Shown: positions 27,878-40,329 of the stretch, in pieces
How the letters are laid out: every line of letters begins with the position of its first letter
Position numbering within the stretch: the first letter of the stretch is position 1
Assembly: GCF_006345805.1 (NCBI RefSeq)
Contig: NC_042998.1
Location: 6,386,001 to 6,450,000, forward strand
Length of the DNA: 64,000 nt
From: Octopus sinensis
Taxonomy: Eukaryota
Direction: 5' to 3'
Translations under genes and position numbers: made by a program
Notes under the pieces: model-generated
The model's input: the letters and a program-made list of their open reading frames with translations, nothing else
Told to the model about the DNA's origin: nothing
Database searches by the model: none

Positions 27878-28438
27878 ATACTATAATCATAAATGATTAT
27901 ATATTGAATTTTGAGATACTAGAAGGCACCAACTCAACTCAGTATCAGAGCGAGCTAGAATCCGCAACTAGTATCACTAAATTCAAAGTGTGAATGAAAA
28001 GATTGTGTCACCAGCCCCTTCCCACCCGCGTGTAGCCAAAACAAGATGCTGTGGTCATCTACTGAGATAAAATATGGTTATCCGTAATAATGAAGGGTGA
28101 AATAATTAATTTGGAATAATTATCAATTACACCAAGTAGTCTTCGGCATGTAAAAGCCTCATTCGAGGAAAATTTAAGTATCTGCCTTCCAATTGCTGTT
28201 TTTACTGAGATCTCCCTTTTTAGTAGAAGAAATAGCTATAACTCTTTGACTGCTATACATATATATATACATACCTATATATACATACATATACATATAC
28301 ATATACATATATATATACATATATATATATATACATACATATATATATATACATACTTATATATACATACATATACATATATATATACATACCTATATAT
28401 ACATACATATACATATATATATACATATACATATACAT

Positions 28439-28488
<50 letters not shown>

Positions 28489-28572
28489 ATATATATATAT
28501 ATAATATATATATACATATATATATACATATATATTATATATACATATATATATATACATATATATATATAC

Positions 28573-28604
<32 letters not shown>

Positions 28605-28762
28605 ACATATATATATACACATATACATATATATATATATATACATATACATAGAAATTCGGGGTGAGTACTTGATAATTATAAGCACCTGTGTATACCG
28701 TTTGGTGGTGTAGGTGGTGGAGTAAATTGATCAAAATAAAATAAAACATGATGCGAAGGATT

Positions 28763-28844
28763 CAGCGGTACATATGTTTCGGGCCTTTATTAGACAGATT
28801 TATAACAATGCATAATGTAGGTCTGTGGCCTTCTTCAGCCGCGC
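28763..28844 (-). ncRNA. Type-I hammerhead-like motif (family H3), left arm of palindrome
   Basis: Minus strand: GCGG-CTGAAGA-A GGCC...GGCC C-GAAA-CA TA TG-TA^CCGC. 4-bp stem I, palindromic CATATG stem III, GUA triplet, A-C mismatch at the base of stem II. Confidence 0.6.
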
Positions 28845-28907
28845 ACAACAGCTTCCACAAGGACACATGTCCTTGATGTAACACATGTCCTTGTGGAAGC
28901 TGTTGTG

Positions 28908-28988
28908 CACGGCTGAAGAAGGCCACAGACATACATTATGCATTGTTATAAATCTGTCTAATAAAGGCCCGAAACATATGTACCGCTG
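28908..28988 (+). ncRNA. Type-I hammerhead-like motif (family H3), right arm of palindrome
   Basis: CACGG-CTGAAGA-AGGCC...GGCCC-GAAA-CATATG-TA^CCGCTG. Stem I has one bulge. Confidence 0.55.
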
Positions 28989-29026
28989 AATCCTTCGCAT
29001 CATGTTTTTATTTTATTTTGATCAAT

Positions 29027-29339
29027 ATACATATACATATATATATATACACATACATATACATATATATATATACACATACATATATATACATACATAT
29101 ACATATATACACATACATATACATATATATATATATATACACATACATATACATATATATATATATACACATACATATATATATATACACATACATATAT
29201 ATATATACACATACATATACATATATATACACATACATATACATATATATATACATATACATATATATATACATATACACATACATATATATATACATAT
29301 ACATATATATATACATATACATATATATATATATACGTA

Positions 29340-29372
<33 letters not shown>

Positions 29373-29400
29373 ACATATATATATACATATACATATACAT

Positions 29401-29434
<34 letters not shown>

Positions 29435-29562
29435 ATATACACATACATATACATATATATATATATACATATACATATATATATACATATACATATACAT
29501 ATATATATACATATACATATATATATACATATACATATATATACATATACATATATATACAT
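29027..29562. repeat. (TA/TACA)n microsatellite
   Basis: Direct reading. Confidence 0.95.
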
Positions 29563-30148
29563 AAATCCTTAAATCCTTAAAAATGTTTTAGCCCAAAGGC
29601 CGCGGCCATGCTGGGGCACCACCGCTGAATGAGCTACACTAATTTGTGAATCCACCTCTGATACGTGGCACTTGATCAACAAGGGAGTTCGATGCTGCTG
29701 CCCGCATCCGCGTCTCCTGTTGTGAGGTAGGTTCATCTGGGACTCCCAACAAGAAGAGATCCAGTTTAGTTTTAAAGAAACCCACATCCACACCATGTAA
29801 GTCTCTCAGGCATTTAGGGAGGATGTTAAAGAGCTGTGGTCCTCTGAAACCCAAGCTGTTGCAGTATCTGGACCTGTATTTTGATGGTGATGTTGGAATC
29901 CTTGGCACCATGCAGTGGTGCCCCGTTCTGCGGTTGGAGTAACTTTGAATGCCAAAGTTTGGGACAAGACCCTCCAGGATTTTCCAGATGTATATCACCG
30001 CATATCTCTCCCGCCTCTGCTCTAGGGAGAAGAGGTTTAATACTTTCAGTCTTTCCCAGTATCTGATATTTTGTATTGAGACGATTTTCTTTGTGTAGCT
30101 TCTCTGAATTGCTTCGAGTGCTGCTGTTAGTTTTATATTGTGTGGTGA
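29563..30148 (-). mobile_element. 5'-truncated CR1-type LINE 3' end (ORF2 C-terminus, 3' UTR and tail)
   Basis: Non-microsatellite part of ORF 29639..30613: [10 protein letters not shown]...[20 protein letters not shown]...[10 protein letters not shown]...FKTKLDLFL, characteristic of CR1/L2-group ORF2 ends. Tail is (aaggattt)n. Confidence 0.85.
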
Positions 30149-30682
<534 letters not shown>

Positions 30683-31221
30683 AAGTATTGTTATGTTTGT
30701 ATGTCAATAAATTCTGTGAAGGTTAATGACAGAAATCTAACTAATAATATCACTAATATTTAGTTAATCAGTAAATATTCGTTATTTCTATCAAGACTAC
30801 GCAACAACAACAACAACAACAAACACATTATAAATTTAGAAGTTAGACACCTAAGTCAAACCATTATCTCCAAAAATTTAGTTAATAACTTATAAGACTA
30901 CTAGCGGACCACGTGCCGTCAATAATGACAGCAAATTGTAGTGTTTTATATATATATATAGATAAGGTACAAAAAATGGTACATACAAACATACACACAC
31001 TTCCCTTGTACACACTCACACAGAGTTGGTACGCTGATTATTTTTTCACCCCTTCCTTCCTTATTCCTCTATCACCCCCTTTCTCTCATTGCTATTACTT
31101 TCTCTCACTCCCTCTCAGTCAGGGGCTATTACTCTCACTACTTCTCCTTCACCAAATTACTATTTTCTCCCCTCCTCTATGTCCAGCATGATTCTGGACA
31201 AATATATATAAATATATATAT

Positions 31222-31575
31222 ACTTTACTTAAAAGCAGCGGAAATATAACAAAAGCTGGTACTCAGAGTTTCACGTTTCCATTCGTCGGACAGTTTTGGT
31301 GGGAAAAAGAGTACTCAACTACCAGAGGTAGAGCAATATGCTTTATTTGAAAGCGGCAGAAATATAACAAAAGCTGGTACTCAGAGTTTCACATTCCCAT
31401 TCGTCAGACAGTTTTGTTAAAATTTTAACAAAACTGTCCGATGAACAGGAACATGAAACTCTGAGTAACAGCATTTATATTTCTGCTGCTTTTAAATAAA
31501 GCATATAACTCTACCTCTGGTAGTTGAGTACTCTTTTTTTCCATCTTGTTTCATATTTATGTGCTTACTCCGGTA
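31222..31575. mobile_element. Tandem plus inverted array of H1 (Penelope-like end or retrozyme) units
   Basis: Two minus-strand units about 118 bp apart, then a plus-strand unit inverted about ttttgttaaaattttaacaaaa (~31423). Homologous to 7648-7800. Flanked by (TA)n. Confidence 0.7.
31368..31416 (-). ncRNA. Family H1 hammerhead copy with intact core
   Basis: Minus strand: CAAAACTGT-CTGACGA-ATG GGAA TGT-GAAA-CTC T GAG-TA^CCAGCTTTTG. The first stem I pair is mismatched. Confidence 0.55.
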
Positions 31576-32539
31576 TATATATATATACTCCGGTATATAT
31601 ATATATATATGTTGATTCGCTAACTTCTGCACGCATTTTTTTTCTCTCCTTGTTTCTCTCCGTGTTTCTTTTCTGTGTATCTTTCTGTTCAAGAGCGTAG
31701 GCTCGAAACGTAAAAGACTTGTTTTATTTATATTCCTGAGCACCATACTAATACAATTGTTTGTTTATATTCCACCTGCCTTCGTATATATATATATATA
31801 TATATATATTAACATTATGCTCATTATTACATTAGGAGATATTTTCATTGTAGCACAGAATCCCAGAACAGTTAAAAATATACGATAAATGTATCCACAT
31901 TGAGTAAGAAATACAGAATGTTATTTTAAGCTAGTAGTGCTTCTATTGCTCATAACAAATTTTTACCCAGCCCATCAGATATATGCAACACCAGTGATTT
32001 GTTAATCACTATTTTACCTAAATCAATAGGGGCTAAATTTGTCTTAACATGGGGTTCATTAGTAAAGACTTGCAACTGATGATGCTCAAAGAAGCAGAAA
32101 GCAGGACCAACTAGTATTATCTCCAGGTGTTTAGATTAAATTCAAAAGGTATTTATCAATATGAAGAATACATTATTAAAATGGACAGCCTTCATCATCA
32201 TCATCATCATCATCATCGTTTAATGTCTGCTTTCCATGCTAGCATGGGTTGGACGATTCAACTGAGGACTGGCGAACCAGATGGCTGCACCAGGCTCCAA
32301 TTTTGATCTGGCAGAGTTTCTACACCAACCACTCTGTTTGCTGATGTAATTTCTAGAGGAAGAAATATACAAAATGAGCCCATTTAAAATAAAGAATAAT
32401 TGTAAAGTACAGGCATGGCTGTGTGGTTCAGAAGTTCACTTTCAACATGTGGTTTCAGGTTCAATTACACTGCATGGTACCTTGCGCAAGTGTCTTCTAG
32501 CCTCTGATTGACCAAAGCCTTGTTAATGTACCTGGTATT

Positions 32540-32943
32540 ACTCTTTACTCTTTTACTTGTTTCAGTCATTTGACTGCGGCCATGCTGGAGCACCGCCTTT
32601 AATCGAGCAACTTGGCCCCAGGACTTATTCTTTTGTAAGCCCAGTACTTATTCTATCGGTCTCTTTTGCCGAACCGCTAAGTGACGGGGACGTAAACATA
32701 CCAGCATCGGTTGTCAAGCAATGCTAGGGGGACAAACACAAACATATACACACACACATACATATATATATACATATATACGACAGGCTTCTTTCAGTTT
32801 CCGTCTACCAAATCCACTCACAAGGCATTGGTCGGCCCGGGGCTATAGCAGAAGACACTTGCCCAAGATGCCACGCAGTGGGACTGAACCCGGAACCATG
32901 TGGTCGGTTAGCAAGCTACTTACCACACAGCCACTCCTGCACC
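32540..32943 (-). mobile_element. SINE family A
   Basis: Full-length reverse match. Confidence 0.9.
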
Positions 32944-33626
32944 TATATGGGTGGATCTTTCTAATTTTTTGCACATATCATTTATTTTGTATACATCTTC
33001 CATTTTCATAACATTTTTTCTTCATTGCATTCAGTTTAATTGGAGAGGTGCATTTCTGAAGAAGTGCCCAAATATCTAAATATCACAGAGACCCTAGATA
33101 CAATGCACTTAACAGAAAAGATTGAAGAACAAAGCAATGAATATTGCAAATAATCTTATTACCTTGTGCTAAGGCTATGGATAGTTAATATACAACAACA
33201 AAGATAAAATTGTCGTCTTGTGTCATATTCCATAACATAGCGACTATATATAAATTCAATACAACATTACAGATACTATCAAAATCTCTAATGTATTTGT
33301 AGCTACCAGGTAGAGTAAGTTAAATGACATTAATATCTATTCAAATTTTATGGAGATGAATTTATGTAAAGCTATTAGAGAAGGATGTATCTATGTTAAT
33401 AAGAAAGTAAGGTTGTCTGTAAGGATCAAGCACTGGTTGTTAGTGCAGAAGCACCACCATCGTTATCGAATGCCCACTTTTCCATACTTGCAAGGCTTGC
33501 ATAGAATTTGTTGTGGCAGATTTTCAATAGCTACATGCCTCTCCTGTCACTAACCCATACCTATTTACAAACAGGATAATATTTTCCTGTAATCCAGGCA
33601 TATTTTCTACAGAAAACTGGAAACAA

Positions 33627-34004
33627 GGCGGCGAGCTGGCAGAATCGTTAGCACGCCAGGCGAAATGCTTAGCAGTATTTCATTTAATTGATTTCATTAG
33701 CTATCAACTGCTAAGTCACTATTTAGTATTATGCCAGCTATGAGCTAGAATTCTCTCTTAATGCAGAAAGCATCCTAGTTGAGGCAGCGAGCTGGCAGAA
33801 GTGTTAGCATGCCGGGCGAAATGCTTAGTGGTATTTCGTCTGTTGTTACTTTCTGAGTTCAAATTCCGCCGAGGTCGACTTTGCCTTTCATCCTTTCGGG
33901 GTCGATTAAATAAGTACCAGTTATGCACTGGGATCAACTTAATCCGTTTGTCTGTCCTTGTTTGTCCTCTCTGTGTATAGCCCCTTGTGGGCAATAAAGA
34001 AATA
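33627..34004 (+). mobile_element. Chimeric SINE C insertion (head, ~100-bp insert, full SINE) with 16-bp TSD
   Basis: TSD agaaaactggaaacaa at 33611-33626 and 34005-34020. Confidence 0.85.
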
Positions 34005-34611
34005 AGAAAACTGGAAACAAATGTGTGTGTGTGTATTTATTTATCTATTTATTTATTTGGCATTACGAAAAGCATCCAGCTGTAGAAACCATGCCAAATC
34101 AGACAGGAACTTGGTGCAGCTCTCCAGCTTGCCAGTTTCAGTCAAACCGTCTAACCCATACCAGCATGGAGAGCAGATGCTAAATAATGATGATGATGAT
34201 GATGATGATATACATGTGTGTGTGTATAAAATATATATATATGCGCAGGATTCTTTCAGTTTCCATCTACCAAATCCACCCACAAGGCTTTGATCGGCCC
34301 AAGGCTATAGTAGAAGATACTTGCTTAAGGTACCATGCAGTGGGACTGAACCCAGAAGCATGTGGTTCGTAAGCAAGCTACTTACCACACAGCCATTCCT
34401 AGAAATTTCTCATCATCATCATTGTCATTGTTGTCATCTTTGTTGTCGACATTGTTCTTGTTCATTGCTGTTGTTATTCTGACTGAGCTGAAATACAAGG
34501 GATGAAAACCATGTGGCCTGTGTATGGCAGAAGCATTAGAATTCCTTTTTTTTTTCTTTGTTAAAACTCTTACTTTTTACCCTTGTGTAAACCTTAAAAT
34601 AAATTACATAT

Positions 34612-35180
34612 AGGCGTAGGAGTGGCTGTGTGGTAAGTAGCTTGCTTACCAACCACATGGTTCCGGGTTCAGTCCCACAGCGTGGCACCTGGACAAGTGT
34701 CTTCTACTATAGCCTCAGGCCGACCAAAGCCTTGCGAACGGATTAGGTAGACGGAAACTGAAAGAAGCCTATCATATATATATATATAACAGGAAGGTTT
34801 ACGAAAATAAGCAAAAGACGAAGGCAGGTGGAGTACAAACAAACAAATGTATTAGTATGGCGCTCAGGAATAGAAATAGAACAAGTCTTTTACGTTTCGA
34901 GCCTACGCTCTTCGACAGAAAGATACACAGAAAAGAAACAAGGAGAGAAACAAATGCGTGTAGGAGCATATGTCTTTGTGCGTCTGTGTTTGTTCCCCGA
35001 CATCGCTTGACGACTGACGCTGGTGTGTTTACGTCCCCGTAACTTAGCGGCTCGGCAAAAGGGACCGATAGAATAAGTACTAGGCTTACAAAGAATAAGT
35101 CCTGGGGGTCAATTTGCTCGACTGAAGGCGGTGCTCCAGCATGGCCACAGTCAAATGACTGAAGCAAGTAAAAGAGCAAA
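34612..35180 (+). mobile_element. SINE family A interrupted at its microsatellite by a Penelope-like fragment (~34788-34965)
   Basis: The 5' and 3' halves of family A flank a segment homologous to the reverse of 31620-31785. Confidence 0.85.
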
Positions 35181-35931
35181 GAATAAAGAGAGTATCAGGT
35201 GGGGAGCAATCTTTTTTGAGAAGCAGGCTGGTCATGGGCCATACTACTAAAAAATTCGAGATGATTTTTTATCTCTTTTTTTTTAGGTATGCCAACCAGT
35301 AAATCCAGAAAGCCACAAGTTGCATATAACTGATCAACACTAACTCTGAGTAGAAAATATACTTCACATATTTTGATATATATAAATCAATTCAAATCTG
35401 GCCAGTGGCAGAAATAATTTTTTTATAGGCTTAATATGACTGCTTTGCTATAAATTATCTTCACAAACATACAGGATTATATATATATGTATGTGTATGT
35501 ATATATATATATGTATATGTATATATTAAGGGATACTTAATATAAATATGCTACCAGAAAGAGAAAAAAAATACCAAGTGAAAAAGAATAATTTTATTTG
35601 AATAACTTACTTCCTATTTAAGAGGCAAGCATCTTGTAGAGAGGTTTATACAGGTTTCATGTAGGTAGAGACGTGAATTGCAAATCATAGTGCTGTCATT
35701 AGGAATTTGTATTTCAGCTGCATGAATTCCATTACTTTTTAAAATGTGGTGATAAATTCCTATTGAGCACTAAATGTTTGGAGCTCCTCCAGGGAATATT
35801 TTCAACTGAATGTGAGTGTGTGTGCATGCGTGGGTGCGTGCATGCATGCGTGTGTATGTGCATAGATAGATAAACAAACAGATGTATTTGTATGTATACA
35901 CACACACATACATGTGTGTGTTTGTGTTTGT

Positions 35932-35997
<66 letters not shown>

Positions 35998-36685
35998 GAA
36001 ATATCTCAGTATATTCTCAAATATGTCTTAAATTTTTTCTCAGCACTGAAATAACAATTTCTTATATTTTTCAGGTGAAAATGGTAAGGCTTTGTATATG
36101 GAGGTTTGTGTATGTGCACACACACACATACACACACAAATGTATATACACAGACACACATGTATATACAAACACGCACTATACATATATCTATATGCAC
36201 ACATATTCAACAGAGAATGGTGATAATCACATGGATTTCCTATTTTTCTTTGTGTATATGTATACAAATTTATTCAGAACTATTTCCAAGAAACCTTATT
36301 AGACCAAAATGACAGATTACAAGCTAGAGAAATCTACTTCTCCAGGCTACCAAGATATATATTTTTATTTTCAAATATATACACATATAATGCAGATATA
36401 TATGTGTGTGTTCATATGTTTTCCTAAGAACACCTTGAAGCCAAAATATTTTCCAAAAAGCTCTTCTTGACTCTCCATCAGGCAAGAAACACTCACATTT
36501 TTCTGAGAAAGATGATGATTACACATAAATGAGTGGAACTGACATTTTGGTTACATTTATTCCATTTAAAGTAATATGTTTAGAATCATTACAGCTTCAA
36601 CCCTCACCTTCACCCATCAGGAATTTGTTAAATCTAAAAACATATTTAAAGTACTATAGATATGTGTGGGTGTTTGGGTAAGTGT

Positions 36686-36717
<32 letters not shown>

Positions 36718-37887
36718 AAGAAAATGAAATGTAATATTATGAAGGAAAGAAAATCATGGAAGAACATTCCTTTTTTTTTTGTATTCACCGATTTTATGTC
36801 AATAGAACAAAAAAGAGAGAGAGAGAGAGAAATGGGAAGCAAGAAATCTATCATTTTACTTGTGAGAATTTCACTGGTTTGAGACATGGAAAGAGAGAGA
36901 GATAGAGAGGCAGAGAGACAGACAGACAGACAAAAGGCATACAGATACACAGAAAGACAGAGTAAGTGAATGGTTTGTTTCCTAAAGGAAGGAGAAGAGT
37001 TAGTCAATGTTTCAGGGTCTAAAAGGTTGGTTAAGACAGAAGGGCTAGGTTTGATCGAAGGAGGATACCAACTTTTAGCAAAGTAGCCTAGTTCTTGCGC
37101 ATCTGCATAGAGAACAAACCCGAAACAGTTCTACTACATTTTAAATTACCAGAAAGTTTGTATAAAGTGGAAATACAAGGAGGATGGGTTGTGTAGCCCT
37201 TTTCTAACTTTAAGCAATTGTAGCACTTAATTGTTTAGCTCGTTTAGTAATTTTTTTTTTTTCGTAAAATCCAAATCCAATCAGGTATATTCAACAGTAA
37301 AATGCAGCAACAACGTAAAAAAAGAAAAAAAAAAACTCAGATTAACAGATTAATATCCCTCAAAAACTGAAAGTAGGCAAATTTAACCAAAAAATGTAAA
37401 AGGAAAAGAAGAAAATGGTGAAGCAAATTGCCGAAGGCGGAATAGATAAGGTTTTAAAAACTAGATGCAAACTTCTTTCTGAAGAATTCTGTTACTTCTT
37501 TTATTGATTGGAATCTTGTTTCAATTATTGGACTGCAGCCATGCTAGAGCACTGCTTTCAAGGATTTTAGATGAGCACATTAACCCCGGCATTTGCATCC
37601 ATCTCTGTTTGTCAAACCACTAGGTTGCAAGACATATAGGGACCCAGTCATAATACCAGTTTTAGACTGTAGTCATGAGTACAGCCAATAATATACAGTG
37701 GCGGCTGCGTGATTAAGACATTCATTTTGCAATTTATATGATTTCAGGTTCTATCCCAGAGCATGGCACTGAGGGTAAGTGTCTTTTGCTATAAGTCTTG
37801 AGCTGACCAATGCCTTGTGTCTGAAATCTGGTATGCAGTAACTGTATGGAAGCTATCATATACATGTTTATATGCAAGAATGCACAC

Positions 37888-37925
<38 letters not shown>

Positions 37926-38110
37926 GAAAAAAAAACACCTTTTATCAATTCAATAATGAAAAATTAAATTACACCATTTAGAAGAATGACATCTTATAGA
38001 AAGATTAAATATAAGATAAAACATATAACAATGATTAAGTAATGTGCAAAATAATATGTATTTCTGAAGTGAATTTTTCCCTGTAAGTTTTGAATAATAT
38101 TCCCTCATAT

Positions 38111-38143
<33 letters not shown>

Positions 38144-38324
38144 CTATATGCATGCATGAATGCATATATACATAAATAAGGTTTGAACTCAGAACCAAAT
38201 GGCATTGAAGAGAGAGTGAAGAACTTTAGTGTAAATTCAGACAGAATCATGTTCAAAAAAAAAAAAAAAGGATGAAAAAACTTTTACCAAATCACCCAGA
38301 ACATCTTGTGATTCATATACTCTT

Positions 38325-38695
38325 CTACTTGTTTCAGTCATTTGACTGTGGCCATGCTGAAGCACCGCCTTTAGTTGAGCAAATCGACCCCGGGACTTAT
38401 TCTTTGAAAGCCTAGTACTTATTATATCGCTCTCTTTTGCCGAACCGCTAAGTAACGGGGATGTAAACACACCAGCATCGGTTGTCAAGCAATGCTTAGG
38501 GGGACAAACACAAACACACACACATATATATATATATACATATATACGACAGGCTTCTTTCAGTTTCCGTCTACCAAATCCACTCACAAGGCATTGGTCG
38601 GCCTGGGGCTATAGCAGAAGACACTTGCCCAAGATGCCACGCAGTGGGACTGAACCTGGAACCATGTGGTTGTTTAGCAAGCTACTTACCACACA
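38325..38695 (-). mobile_element. SINE family A
   Basis: Reverse match. Confidence 0.9.
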
Positions 38696-39565
38696 AAGCA
38701 TCTAAAACTCCTTATATTTACCATTCTATATTTATATCAAACTGATATCATAAACTGAGTGAAGTTAATAGAAAATTGTGACTCCAGCTAATGTGGAATT
38801 TTGAATTCTCATAATATTTTGGATAATTTTTCCTTTCTTTTTCATATTTTGAATAAAATTCTACTATTTTTTAAAATCTATATTAAATAAAAAAAAAACC
38901 CCCTTCAGATTTGAAAATATTGAGAAATCATTTTGAATTCGACTGATTTTCAAATGCAGCAGATAAAAATTGAGACAAGTATAAATATGTAGTGAGGCTT
39001 GAACCGAATGCTTTGATTTCCAATAATGTAAACAAGTCAGACAGCAATATGGTAGTGAAAGCAATTTTTTCAAGAAAGAGAATGAAATGGAAACTTATGA
39101 AATATTTCTCTTCCAAAAATTTTGGTAAGAACCCAAACCCAATCATTCATCCTGTCTGACTGAAAATCCATTGACTGTTTGTTATTGGTTATTCCAATTC
39201 AAGAGTTCCACATAATAATGGCAGAAACTTATCTCCAAGCAAAATGTAAACAAAGGGAAAAGGTGTGTTAGACTAATTTCACGCTTCACCTAGCGGCTTC
39301 CCTTTTAACCTAACACTTTCACTTTTAAAATAAACATGACATCCACCTATGATGGTTTCATACAGAGAAACTGCAATATTTCTTTAACCCTTTAGCATTT
39401 AAACTGACCACATTTGGTCAAATATTCTACCTGTTTTATGTTCATACCTGGCCTCTCACACCTACCCTACAATGCCATTCAAAAAATAAACAACCACATC
39501 ATCAAAATCTTGAAAGTACCAGATAGGTTATGATTAATTCTAAACAATGATTAATTCTAACAATA

Positions 39566-39971
39566 GGCACGGGAGTGGCTGTGTGGTAAGTAGCTTGTTT
39601 ACCAACCACATGGTTCCAGGTTCAGTCCCACTGCATGGCACCTCGGGCAGGTGTCTTCTACTATAGCCTCGGGCCGACCAATGCCTTGTGAGTGAATTTG
39701 GTAGACGGAAACTGAAAGAAGTCCGTTGTATATATGTATATATATGCATGTGCGTGTATGTTTGTGTGTCTGTGTTTGTCCCCCTAGCATTGCTTGACAA
39801 CCGATGCTGGTGTGTTTATGTCCCCGTTACTTAGCGGTTCGGCAAAAGAGACCGATAGAATAAGTACTGGGCTTACAAAAGAATAAGTCCCGGGGTCGAG
39901 TTGCTCGATTAAAGGCAGTGCTCCAGCATGGCCGCAGTCAAATGACTGAAACAAGTAAAAGAGTAAAGAGT
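39566..39971 (+). mobile_element. SINE family A
   Basis: Full-length match. Confidence 0.9.
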
Positions 39972-40329
39972 AATGTGAAGAAATAAGCAATATATTTGAT
40001 AGTCATTTAAACACGAAAAGGTAAACCATTCAGCAGTCAGATTACCCAGTCTAATATAATGCTTATCTATTCACATTACCAGAAAAACCCATGTAATTTA
40101 CGCCAGTGATTTTCAGGATAAAATTTGTTAAAAAAAGCTTCTATTCATGTAAAATTCGCAGCCAAAAGTTTTCAGAATTGCTGATATGGCCAGGGGGAAA
40201 AGGTTTTCAATTTAGTTGTATTAAGCATAATTTCACTTACTTATGATTAGATCTTATTAAATTTTCATTAGATAAAAATAAATTTTGCTTAACAGGAATC
40301 ACATTGAAAGCTACTAAATTACGAAGTGT

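Larger units (their letters stand above)
26693..28259. repeat. ~899-bp tandem duplication carrying an HHR, a 76-bp inverted repeat and a (TA/TACA)n spacer
   Basis: Units start at 26693 and 27592 and are near-identical (I count about 3 differences in the non-microsatellite part). Arms 26748-26823 and 27284-27359 are reverse complements. Confidence 0.9.
28726..29026. repeat. 301-bp near-perfect palindrome (~140-bp arms) with an HHR motif in each arm
   Basis: attgatcaaaataaa...cacaaggaca / tgtccttgtg...tttattttgatcaat, with a short central spacer. Confidence 0.92.

Noticed and set aside
31683-31720. GAAGAGCGTAGGCTCGAAACG family as functional hammerheads
   Set aside because: CUGANGA cannot be placed adjacent to stem II and no stem I forms; kept only as degenerate HHR-like sequence.
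36076-36084. 9-nt plus-strand microexon (ttttttcag|GTGAAAATG|gtaagg)
   Set aside because: Good splice signals, but no plus-strand host gene is evident and such short matches arise by chance.
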